Part shown: one piece after another, positions 51,081 through 61,238 of the stretch
Numbering within the stretch: the stretch's first letter is position 1
Layout: each line of letters opens with the position of its first letter
Origin: Leucoraja ocellata
Lineage: Eukaryota
Direction: 5' to 3'
Length of the DNA: 64,000 nt
Assembly (NCBI GenBank): GCA_036785375.1
Contig: JAWMAR010000148.1
Span: 62,001 to 126,000, forward strand
Program-made: the position numbers and the translations under genes
Notes under the pieces: model-generated
What the model was told of the DNA's origin: nothing
The model's input: only the letters and a program-made list of their open reading frames with translations
Databases searched by the model: none

Positions 51081-53063
51081 AATTCTAAAATATATGCACT
51101 GATTGTTGTCTGATTTTAGTCAATGGACAATAAGAACTGTAAAAATCGATTATTTTTTTTTACCAGTGTAAGGAAATTTCAAGCAGAGGTTTCCTGGAGT
51201 GTTGTAATCTCCTGATCATCTGCGATCTCTAAGCTTAGTGTGTATTTGTGAGATCAGTAATATATTCCATAAGCACTTTCTTTAAATTGTTGAGCCTGTT
51301 CAATGAAATTAACTAGTTTAAGGCCAAAAAATTTAAGAAAAATACTCTCTCTGAAATGAATCCTACATTTATTTAACTTTGTATATAATTATTTTTGCCT
51401 GATTTTACATTATTCAGTATATTTTAGTGCCCCTTAGGGTTGAGCGCTGGAAGAGGAGGGACAGCCGAAGGCATGGCAAATGCTTGGTGGATACAGGTGA
51501 TGAGGGTTTTGGATAGGCAGATGGTTGGACGAAGGCCAGAGATTAAAAGACTTAAGGTGTGAGAGAAGGATATAAATGTTGTGAATTGTGAAGCTGGAGG
51601 AAGGAGTGTAGGTGGAAGGGAAGGGGAATGGGAGAAGGGGAGGTGCAGCAAGACCTGGGAGTGCTTGTACATCAGTCACTGAAAGTAAGCATGCAGGTAC
51701 AGCAGGTATTGAATTTGAGTTTAGGAGCAAAAGAAGTCCTGCATTTGTACAGGGCCCTGGTGAGACCGCTGCACCACTATGCCGCCAATGTCTAGTTCCA
51801 AAAGCGGCACTTCTGGAGAGCAAGTCTGCTTCTTTCTGACAGTTAACACATTAATGTTCTCACTTTGATAATAACGTGTTGCTTGGTGATGCTCCACAAC
51901 AGTTTTTGTATGCTCTCTACATAACGCCATATTCATTGCCTTCTAGGAATCACTGGCCAAATATTCCATAGATGCAGTTGCCATCTGTACATGTGTTGAT
52001 TTTCCAATGTCCAAATGGTGACTAAGCATAGATTTTACATTATGGAATTAATCCTGCTCAAAATCATAAATAGTCTCCAGACCAAATGTTTAATTCTGCA
52101 CAGCCTAGTTGTTCGAACTGAAGCATGTGTGAACTTTGGAAGCTGTCCAGCACTCTAGTAATTGACAATGAATCTGAGTTAATAGTTGACCAACCAAAGG
52201 ACTTCACCAGTTTAATTTGATCCAGAATATGGTGGGACATTTTTCATTCCAAAAGTCATCGCTGAAAATTTCAGCAGATGTAGACAGTGTATGATCATTT
52301 TAGATCTGATGAAAGACTTTTGGCTGGTTTTAAATAGTACAAAGGACCAGGTGGACTCCACTTGGTTATATATCTAACTACTTGAGACTACTCCTTCATG
52401 TAAGTTATTTAGATTTTGAAAATTTAATCAAAGCTTTGCTGATTTTGTCTTTGAAAGTACTAACCACATGTTGATTGATAAACGACTATGGTAATGATGA
52501 TGGTGGGTCCAGACTTACCTGATTAGACCTTGACGTGTTGTTATACCAGGTTGTGTTATCTTGGTCTATTTTAGTTTGTGTGTAGTTCCAGCAGCAATGC
52601 CACTGTTTTTATGTGAAAACTACCAAGGCCTTCTGGCTAATCTAACTGCAGCTTGCAATTCACAGCTAAAGTTGATACAAGTTGAAGTATGTTGGGCATA
52701 CAGAGAAAGGGGGAAAGGAAGATGGGAATCTTACATCTACAAAGAGATAAGGGTAGCAAAGTCATTTATAGAAACACAGATGGATAGAAAAAAACATTCA
52801 AGGCAATTTGTTGTCTTCATTAAGAGTAAACACAAGACAGCATCTCTGGAGGACATGGATAGATGACGTTTGGGTTGGAACCATTCAGTTTTCATTCCCT
52901 TGGATTTCTATTTATTTAAGTATATCAGTTCTAATCTGTCATGATTAAAATTAAAATCAGGAAATATGCTGGATTACAAAACAGCCACCTCCTGCAAGAA
53001 TTGTTGTTGGGAATAATAAGCTGTTATGTTACTTAAGTGCATGACTTTTTTATTTCTCGTCAG

Positions 53064-53138
53064 GAGCTTCTGGGAAAGGATATCGTAGACTTTTGCCATC
53101 CTGAAGATCAAACCCATGTGCGGGACAGTTTTCAACAG
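53064..53138 (+). CDS. ARNT2: ARNT2 internal coding exon (PAS-B), 75 nt
   Basis: ctcgtcag|GAG...CAG|gtattt; [25 protein letters not shown]. Confidence 0.95.
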
Positions 53139-54329
53139 GTATTTATAGCATACGGTGATATACATGGACAACCCTGTGTAAGGTCAAATGTGCTTGCATC
53201 TAGCCTTCTGCATGCCGCTGACTTGACCTTTTTCAAAGCCCCAGCACAGAAGTCAAGTTGACCAACAAGGTGCATAGGGGCATAGGCGAGCCTGGTTATT
53301 ATCTCAATGCTGTTTGCAGGATCTTACTTTGTGCAAATAGGCTATCTATCATGTCCTGTATCCTGTGCAAAACATCTAAACTACCTATTGTTAGTAAACA
53401 ATCTTAAGCCCTCCTCTCCTGATATTTAAGTATAATTTATTTCAATTTTCCTATTTTCCCTTTTTTTTCCCATTTTTCAAGATGAAATAATGGCCTTGAA
53501 TGCTGTTTCAGCCAAAACAACCTTGACCAGCACCCTTGAATTCAACAGATTCCTTAACTACAAGTGTCTTTAATCAATCTATTTTGTAACATAATGCACC
53601 CGGCAATATATTCATGCACTTTATTATTGAGCATGCGTCTCATTCAATCTTTCCATTATATACCAATCTTATCAGTTAAAACACCGTGCTTAGTTTGGAG
53701 ACCAGCACTGTAGGCAATGTTGTTTCCACTGGCGTTACAATATAGCTGGAGAAAAATACAAATTTTATCCGAGCCCTTCATTCAACACTTTGTTCTTGCA
53801 TCCATAAAGTTATTTCTGACCTCGCCTGAGCTGCTGACATTATCAGAGATTTGATAACATGCAACGAGAAAGCGAGGAATGTGAAACGAATGGACATCTG
53901 GTTTTGAACCTGTAAGCATTGTGTTCACGTTTGTTTTCCTAGGAAAGAAAACGATATGAACTGCAGTGGGAAACTTGGACCTATGTGTTGCATACTTGGG
54001 GCCAAGAATAACATGGAACGGTATCATCAGATTTATCTGTTGCGAAATCGGAAGCCCTTGATCTGGGAACTCAGAAATCATGTGTCTTTTGTGATCCTGT
54101 GAAAGGGCGCAGTGCCTGTTTCTGTTCTTTCAAGGGTGTTGGTCAAGGGAAGTTTTTTCAAGCCTCTAATCGCAAGTTTTGAAAATCAAAAGACACTCTG
54201 TTTTGTAATCAATCTGGGAACAAAGACCACTTAAATATGACTGACAAGACAAGTAGAATTTTATCTTCCTTTTTAAAGGGGATAGTTTGGGGAGTTCATT
54301 CAGTTTATAATATATTCACTTTCAAATTC

Positions 54330-54690
54330 TGAGCAGCCTCACTTCGACCATCTCCAGCTCTATATCACTACATTCAACATTTGCTCACCTTACGGATCTG
54401 CTGTTTGTTTCCTTGCTGCACTCTACCTCTTCAGCCATTCAACCTTCAGAAAACCCTGACATTCCCAATTTTCATCACTATTTGCTGCTTTCCCTTCAAA
54501 TGCCTATCCCTTTAGCTCTTTTTCCTTCAGAAAAACCTTCCAAATATCTACCTCTCAATCTCTTATGAAACCACTCTTTCAAACCTGTTTCTTTGATAAA
54601 GCTTTTGGCCATTTCACCTACTATTGTTTTATATGGCTAGAATTGTATTCGATACGGCTTCTATGAAAGACCTTGGTATTTGATATTTTG
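54330..54690 (+). mobile_element. Ancient L2 LINE 3' end
   Basis: Pyrimidine-rich decayed match to L2 C-terminus and tail (aaacctgtttctttgataaagcttttggcc, ctatgaaagaccttgg). Confidence 0.4.
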
Positions 54691-55139
54691 ACATATATTA
54701 ATGCCCTGGACATGAGGATATAGATTAAAATGTTAGTTTCCATATGAAATGAAATAATGAGGATAATTTTAACAGACTTCAGAAGGGGATAAACTGATGG
54801 AAAGACATATGTGCTTCAAAATCTATCTGTCAATAATGCCAACCCAGCACTATAGTAATAACAACAGAAGGTGCTGAAAATACTCAGCAGGTCAAGCAAC
54901 TTCAATGGAAAAATAAATAGTTAACAGTTCAGATACTAGACCTTTCATCAGTCTTGTGGTGTCAGCATATTTTATTCTGCCTTTAATATTTATAATTATT
55001 TTAATTTGACTTCTCTCCTTGAAGCCCTTAACGTTGTCACCGTTATCCTAATCAAAAGTCTCCTCAGTCTATAACTTTAACCATAAATTTGCATCTCGTC
55101 AAACATTCCTACTGGACCTGCCTTTTATTCCTCCCTAAG

Positions 55140-55400
55140 GTATGGAGCATTTAATTTACCAGACGAGTAATCCGGAGGCCTGGAGTAACGATCCAGAGAC
55201 CCAAGTTCAAATCCCACCATCATAGCCATGGAATTTGAATTCTGTTAATAATCTGTTATCTGGAGATAAAGCACCAACCAGTCTTCATAATGATGGCTGT
55301 GAAAATTTGCCATCTTTCTGCGGTGACCCACCTATAACTCCAGGCCACCCCAAATGATTGCCTCTTAATACGCTCTGAACTGGTCTAACCCTGTTATATT
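55140..55400 (+). mobile_element. Old tRNA-derived SINE
   Basis: gtaatccggaggcctgg...gagacccaagttcaaatcccacca (B-box) head. Confidence 0.5.
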
Positions 55401-55769
55401 GTTGTTATTACTACATTGAAGCAAAAGGAATAAAACTGCTTGGAACATCAGGCATGTTGCTTAACTGGACCAGTCGCACTTACATCATGGCTGTAAGAGC
55501 AGATCAGACACTGTGTATCCTGTGGTTAGTGATTCACTTTTCTGGCACCCTAAAACACTTACACTGGCACCGAATGCAGACATCAAATTCACTCAAAACC
55601 CAGTTATTTTGCATTATCCTCACAAATAAGTAGAGTTAGCCAAGTTAGTCGGACCAGTCGAGCAAAAGCCTAACAAGGCATCGCTCATGCCCTGATTCCA
55701 CAGAGATAATCTACCGGACTCTTCAGTTACATTCCTTTGGTACATCCTGTCTTACCAACAAGACAAACA

Positions 55770-56315
55770 CACCAGATTTTCAGGAGATTCGGCAACTTAC
55801 CGAATATTCTATTGAACTTCCAAAGGTATATTGCGGAGACCATATTGACTGGTTGCATCATGGTTTGGTACAGAACTTTGAATGATGGAGGCTTTAGAAA
55901 CTGGTGGACATTGCCGAGAACATCACTGACCTTCCCACCATTGAAGGGGCCTACAGGAAGCGCTCCTTCAAGAAGAACGGTAATATTATCTCAAACCTGC
56001 ACCATCCTGTCCAATCTCTACCCACTGCTCCCATCGGGAGGAAGGTACAAAAGACAGAGAATCACAGTTATCTCCAGGTTTCAGGAGCTCCCATCAGGAG
56101 TTCCTCCCATCAACCAGCCTGAACAAACCTAACCACAACATTACTTCAGCACCAAACCATTGTGGACTTTGCCGTACTCTGGTTGCTCCGCGTACTAATA
56201 TGGTCTAGTTTACTTCGAATTATTGATAATTTACTGTATATTTTGTTGTTGAGTCTAAAGTGGCAGCAAGTAAGAATGTCAGTACATGTGACAAATAAAT
56301 ACGCTTCTGACTCTT
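55770..56315 (+). mobile_element. Rex1/Babar-like LINE 3' fragment
   Basis: RRFGNLPNILLNFQRYIAETILTGCIMVWY; PLLPSGGRY; tail gtacatgtgacaaataaa. Confidence 0.75.
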
Positions 56316-57129
56316 GAAGTAATTGACCTTTCATCAGGAATGAAAAAGTGAGAAAAACAACTATGTTTGAAGTGGCAGAGGAGGAAAGGGATAAGGAGAG
56401 CAAAAGTGAAAATCTGTGAGATATTGCTTTTATGCTGCCCAATGGGAATGAATGTTGGTTAATCATAACTGATCTGATTGGAAGAGATTAATAGAGGGAG
56501 TTGAATAAGGGCAGTTAGAGAAAGGAAAATTCACATGCCAGAAATGAGAGATGCACAATACACCATTTGATGGAAAACTGAAGTTAAAGTAATTTATGGA
56601 AACAGTTTGCGATCTATGTTGCTCAATGGAGAGGAAAAACTGAGTTAATGTTACAGGTACATGCAAATGAAAACCTGAATAAAAACTGCTGGAAATCCCA
56701 AATATAAATCGGTAAGACATGGATTACCAGATAATTGACCAGTGTTGATATATTCATCATCTGTGATATTGTCAGCTTTCTTTCTCTCCACAGAACCTGC
56801 CTGATGTGTTGAAAGTTTCCACATTCTCCTTGATTTCCCGTTTCTGGCATCTGCTGAGCTTAGCCTCTTATGTCCCGCATGTTGCCTTTATCTCTCTGTT
56901 ATCGCTCCTATTCATCTTCCTCTGTTTACACTGCTCCACATGGCTTAGCTATGATTTCTCTCTTAGTTGGCATCAAAACAAACGGGTGGCACCGGCAATG
57001 GCTGCCTCGCCAACAGTCTGTCTGTCCCTTCCTTTTGTTGTATGTTTGTATGTGTTAAATGTATGCTTTTAGTGTTCTTTAGCTTGTTTTATGTGCGGGT
57101 TGGTGGGTACAGTCTATTTTTCTTGGCTA

Positions 57130-57221
57130 ACAACCTTCCAACTTCGGCTTCCAAGACGCATGTAAATTTGTGTGCCTTATTTTTGGGTAAAAAATAGTGA
57201 CTTCATTGCCGGGAAATACGG
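57130..57221 (-). mobile_element. Tc2/pogo-like transposon terminus (single end)
   Basis: ...gccgggaaatacgg|ta = reverse complement of ta|ccgtatttcccggc; partner end not found. Confidence 0.45.
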
Positions 57222-57505
57222 TATTTATAAACATAGCACCAAGAAATCTACTTTCCACATCATTTGTGCACGAACTACATTCTTCTCTCTTTGTTTCTTA
57301 AGATATTCTTAAGATAATGGCAATCCATGTTTGAAAAACCCGCAAAGAAATTTGTGCTACGCGTGCGCAGTATGCTGCTGCACATGCACAGTACAGCAAA
57401 GGCAGAATTTCAGCTGCCTTTGGTCCCCTGGAAATTGACAGCTTGAAGCATCTTCGACGGCATGTGGGCTGCACAGACCTTCGTGTGTTACATGCACTGC
57501 GGATG

Positions 57506-57574
57506 AAAGGCACGGAGAATTATGCCTTCCTAAGAGATCGATCTCTTAGGTAGGCATTATTCTCCCGTGCCTTT
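57506..57574. repeat. Spacerless ~69-bp palindrome
   Basis: aaaggcacggagaattatgccttcctaagagatc|gatctcttaggtaggcattattctcccgtgccttt; perfect 22-bp core 57529-57550. Confidence 0.9.
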
Positions 57575-57896
57575 ACTATTTATATTTAATAATTACTATT
57601 TTATAATTTTAGCCAGGGTAGGCAGTGCCCACCTTGCCCATCCTGACGGCATGTGCCTGGCTGTATGGTAATTCGAATTTCACTGTACCTTAATTGGTAC
57701 ATGTGATAATAAACTAACCTTGACCTTGACCTTAAAAAACAACTTGCAGTGTTTCCTGTTTTAATTTCAGCTCTTGCTCATTGTGTTCTGCCATATTTGA
57801 GAAGAAGGATGTTCTTGGTCATGTTATAAGGCCATAAATGATAGCAGAATTAGGCCATTCGGCCCATCAAGTCGACTCCACCATTCAATCATGGCT

Positions 57897-58057
57897 AGAC
57901 ACAAAGTGCTGGAGTAACACAGCGGGACAGGCAGCATCGCAGAAGAGAAGGAATGGGTCAATCCTTCTCTCCAGAGATGCTGCCTTTCCCGCTGAGTTAC
58001 TCCAGCATTTTGTGTCTACCTTTGATTTAATCCAGCATCTGCAGTTCTTTCTTACAT
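57897..58057. mobile_element. Miniature fold-back Penelope-like element inserted in a CR1 3' end (CR1 ~57825-58115, minus)
   Basis: Inverted arms with hammerhead core deleted at the centre, 3' tail on right arm; perfect 14-bp TSD attcaatcatggct (57883-57896, 58058-58071). Confidence 0.88.
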
Positions 58058-58702
58058 ATTCAATCATGGCTGATCTATCTCCCCCTCCTAACCCCATTCT
58101 CCTGCCTTCTCTCCATAAATGTGCATGACCCACAGAGCTTTCTTTGATTTGTTCCTTTGTGGTTTTGATTAGCTCTGTCAGTTGCGTGTTGATTTTGAAG
58201 TTTAACGCACATGATATCCTGCCTTGCAACTTTGCCAGGTTGTTCATCATTCATTGGTGTTGCTTCCAACATGTCTGGCAGCTACATGTCTGAATAGGGA
58301 GCTCAAACATTTTTGGAATTGAAAAAAATCAGCACTAACAGATCAAATCAAATCAATGGCACAAATACATCCAGACATTCAGAAGCTAGAAACTGCCCTT
58401 TGGCCCACAGTGCCTGGTCCATACAATTATGACGACGTATGTTCCATAGCATAGACACTTCCTACTGCATCCACAACCATATGCTGTGCTGTGTAACCTG
58501 AGAGGTGTTTATCTGCAATTGGAGAATTCATTGTAAATTCCAGAGGGTTTCAAAGTACCTAGATAGAAGATAAAATATTTTTCACTTAGTTTATATTAGC
58601 CTCACCCTGTCAACGGTCACAGGCAGATGTCAGAATGGGAGTAGGATTGCAGATTAAAGTAGCATGCATCAAGAAGTTTAGGATCATCCCTGTGCATTAA
58701 AT

Positions 58703-59565
58703 CCTGGTATCACATCACTCCAGTCCTCAAACAACTTCACTGGCTTCCCATATCCCACCAGATCACCTACAAAGTCCTTATCCTCACCTACAAAGCCCTC
58801 CACCATCTGCCCCCCCATATCTCACTGACCTCCTCTCCCCCTACCAACCCTCACGGTCCCTCGATGAGTCAGCCTACAGGGATGAGATCCAGCACCTGAC
58901 CACCTGGTGTGCCGACAATAACCTCATCCTCAACTCCAAAAAGACGAAGGAGATTATTGTCGACTTCAGGCAGACCAGAGGAGGCAGTCATACCGCCATC
59001 CATATCAACGGGACTGAGGTGGAGCGCGTCTCCAGCTATAAATTCCTCGGAGTGCATATCTCGGAGGACTTGTCCTGGTCCCTCAACAGCTCCAACAGCT
59101 GAACTCGGAGTCCCGACGATAGATTTCTCTGGTCCCTCCGTCCCCCTTTGTTTAATCATTCTGTATTTCCTGATTATTCTGTATCTTCTCTCTTTCTATT
59201 TTTTTCTTGTTTTTTTTTCCTCTTTATGTACAACTACTACGGACTGACGCAAAACTGCATTTCGTTGTACTGATACTTGTATTTGTGCGATGACATTAAA
59301 GTTGAATTGAATTGAATTGAATTGAATTGAATCAGCTGGTCTCCTCTCCATCCACAAGTCCAACCTCCGCAGTTTTGGGGACAGAGCCTTCTCCAGGGCA
59401 GCTCCCAGGCTCTAGAACTCCCTCCCCCAACTGATCCGCAATTCCGTGTCCCTCACCATCTTCCAGTCCCGCCTCAAGACCCATCTCTTCACCCCTGCCT
59501 ATCCTTAGCCCCACGTCCCCCTCCCTTTTCATCTGTGCATTAATTGCCTCATATTGTGTTTTGAA
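58703..59565 (+). mobile_element. L2 LINE 3' end interrupted by a Rex1-like insert
   Basis: HITPVLKQLHWLPISHQITYKVLILTYKALHHL (58709-58810) resumes at 59333 as GLLSIHKSNLRSFGDRAFSRAAPRL*NSLPQLIRNSVSLTIFQSRLKTHLF. Confidence 0.85.
58863..59332 (+). mobile_element. Rex1/Babar-like LINE, internally deleted
   Basis: DESAYRDEIQHLTTWCADNNLILNSKKTKEIIVDFRQ...IHINGTEVERVSSYKFLGVHISEDLSW; (gaatt)n tail 59303-59332. Confidence 0.85.
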
Positions 59566-59567
59566 TT

Positions 59568-59790
59568 ATTAATAATAATAATAATAAATTTTATTTATGG
59601 GCGCCTTTCAAGAGTCTCAAGGACACCTTACAAAAATTTAGCAGGTAGAGGAAAAACATGTAAGGTGAATGAAATAAATAGTAGAGACATGACTAGTACA
59701 CAAAGTAAAGACAGAATTCAATACAAAACACAATATGAGGCAATTAATGCACAGATGAAAAGGGAGGGGGACGTGGGGCTAAAGATAGGA
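59568..59790 (-). mobile_element. Second L2 3' UTR copy, inverted, inside the first
   Basis: 59725-59790 is the reverse complement of 59498-59563; (aat)n tail at left; host UTR resumes at ~59812. Confidence 0.8.
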
Positions 59791-59886
59791 TAGGATTGTC
59801 CTTTGGACAAAATTGAATTCTGTCTTTACTTTGTGTACTAGTCATGTCTATTATTATTATTAAACTTCTTAATCTATCCCTACATA

Positions 59887-60690
59887 CAGTGCCCTCCATA
59901 ATGTTTGGGACAAAGACCTGTCATTTATTAATTTGCCTCTATACTCCACAATTTGAGATTTGTAATAGAAAAATTCACATGTGGTTAAATTGCACATTGT
60001 CAGATTTTAATAAAGGCCATTTTTTACAATTTAGTTTCACCATGTAGAAATTACAGCTGTGTTTATGCATAGCCCCCCATTTCAGGGCACCATAATGCTT
60101 AGGACACAGCAATGCCATGTAAGTGAAAGTAGTCATGTTTAGTACTTTGTTACATATCCTTTGCATGAAATGACTGCTTGGAGTCTGTGATTCATGGACA
60201 TCACCAGTTGCTAGGTGGCTTCTCTGGTGATGCTGTGCCAGGCATGTATTGCAGCCATATTTAGCTTATGTATGTTTTGGGGGCTAGTCCCCTTCAGTTT
60301 TCTCTTCAGTATATAAAAGGCATGCTCAATTGGGTTCAGATCAGGTGATTGACTTGGCCACACAAGAATTGACCAATTTTTAGCTTTGAAAAACTCCTTT
60401 GCTTTAGCAGTATGTTTGGGATCATTGTCTTGCTGTAGAATGAACTGCCGGCCAATGCGTTTTGAGGCATTTGTTTGAACTTGAGCAGATAGGATGTGTC
60501 TATACACTTCAGAATTCATGATGCTTCTCCCATCAGCAGTTGTATCATCAATGAAGATAAGTGAGCTAGTACCTTCAGCAGCCAAACATGCCCAGGCCAT
60601 AACACCCCCACCACTGTGTTTCACAGATGAGGTGGTATGCTTTGAATCTTGGGCTGTTCCTTCTCTCCTCCATAGTTTGTTCTTGGCTGT
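59887..60690 (-). mobile_element. Tc1-like DNA transposon, one-ended relic with transposase C-terminal half
   Basis: ta|cagtgccctccataatgtttgggac terminus; minus ORF 60211-60702 VKHSGGGVMAWAC...MNSEVYRHIL...FILQQDNDPKH...WPSQSPDLNPIE. Confidence 0.92.
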
Positions 60691-61086
60691 CTGCATTTGC
60701 ATGCTACTTCTTGTAAAATACCTTCAAGGATCTCCCTGAATAGCAACATTCACTCCATTTTAACCGTTCTATCTTTCCCTTCTTCCTACCAAAGTGGGTA
60801 ACAGTTATAATCCATCTGACAAATTTTTGTCCACTTGCTTAACCTAACCCTATATGTTAGTAAGTCTCCTAACTTGCTTTACCACATCAGCAAATTTAGA
60901 GAATGCAAGAGAATGTGGAAGAGAATGCAAGGAGATCAAATCTGTGCACAGCATTTAAAGCCAAGGTCATGTGCAAAGACAATCAAGTTTATTATAGTAA
61001 ATCTATACTATAAATCATCCATTAGTTTCATGTTCATTAATCATGAATGCCATATATCTAATAACTCTTTCTATTTTTTCATCAAG

Positions 61087-61238
61087 GTTGTGAAATTGAA
61101 AGGGCAAGTCCTATCAGTGATGTACCGTTTCCGAACAAAAGGCAGAGAATGGTTATGGATACGGACAAGCAGTTTTACTTTCCAGAATCCTTACTCGGAT
61201 GAAATTGAATATATAATCTGCACCAATACAAATGTAAA
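61087..61238 (+). CDS. ARNT2: ARNT2 internal coding exon (PAS-B/PAC), 152 nt
   Basis: catcaag|GTT...GTA AA|gtaagt; [50 protein letters not shown](K). Confidence 0.96.

Noticed and set aside
53943-54020. Cryptic or poison exon (ttttcctag|GAAAG...ACG|gtatca)
   Set aside because: Weak donor, in-frame stop, no homology; such matches are expected by chance in long introns.
60835-61086. N-terminal extension of the ORF covering the last exon
   Set aside because: Intronic open frame upstream of a clear acceptor at 61086; no ARNT similarity.
2551-61238. Calling the gene ARNT (ARNT1) or BMAL
   Set aside because: Variable regions ([40 protein letters not shown]) follow ARNT2; BMAL differs throughout.
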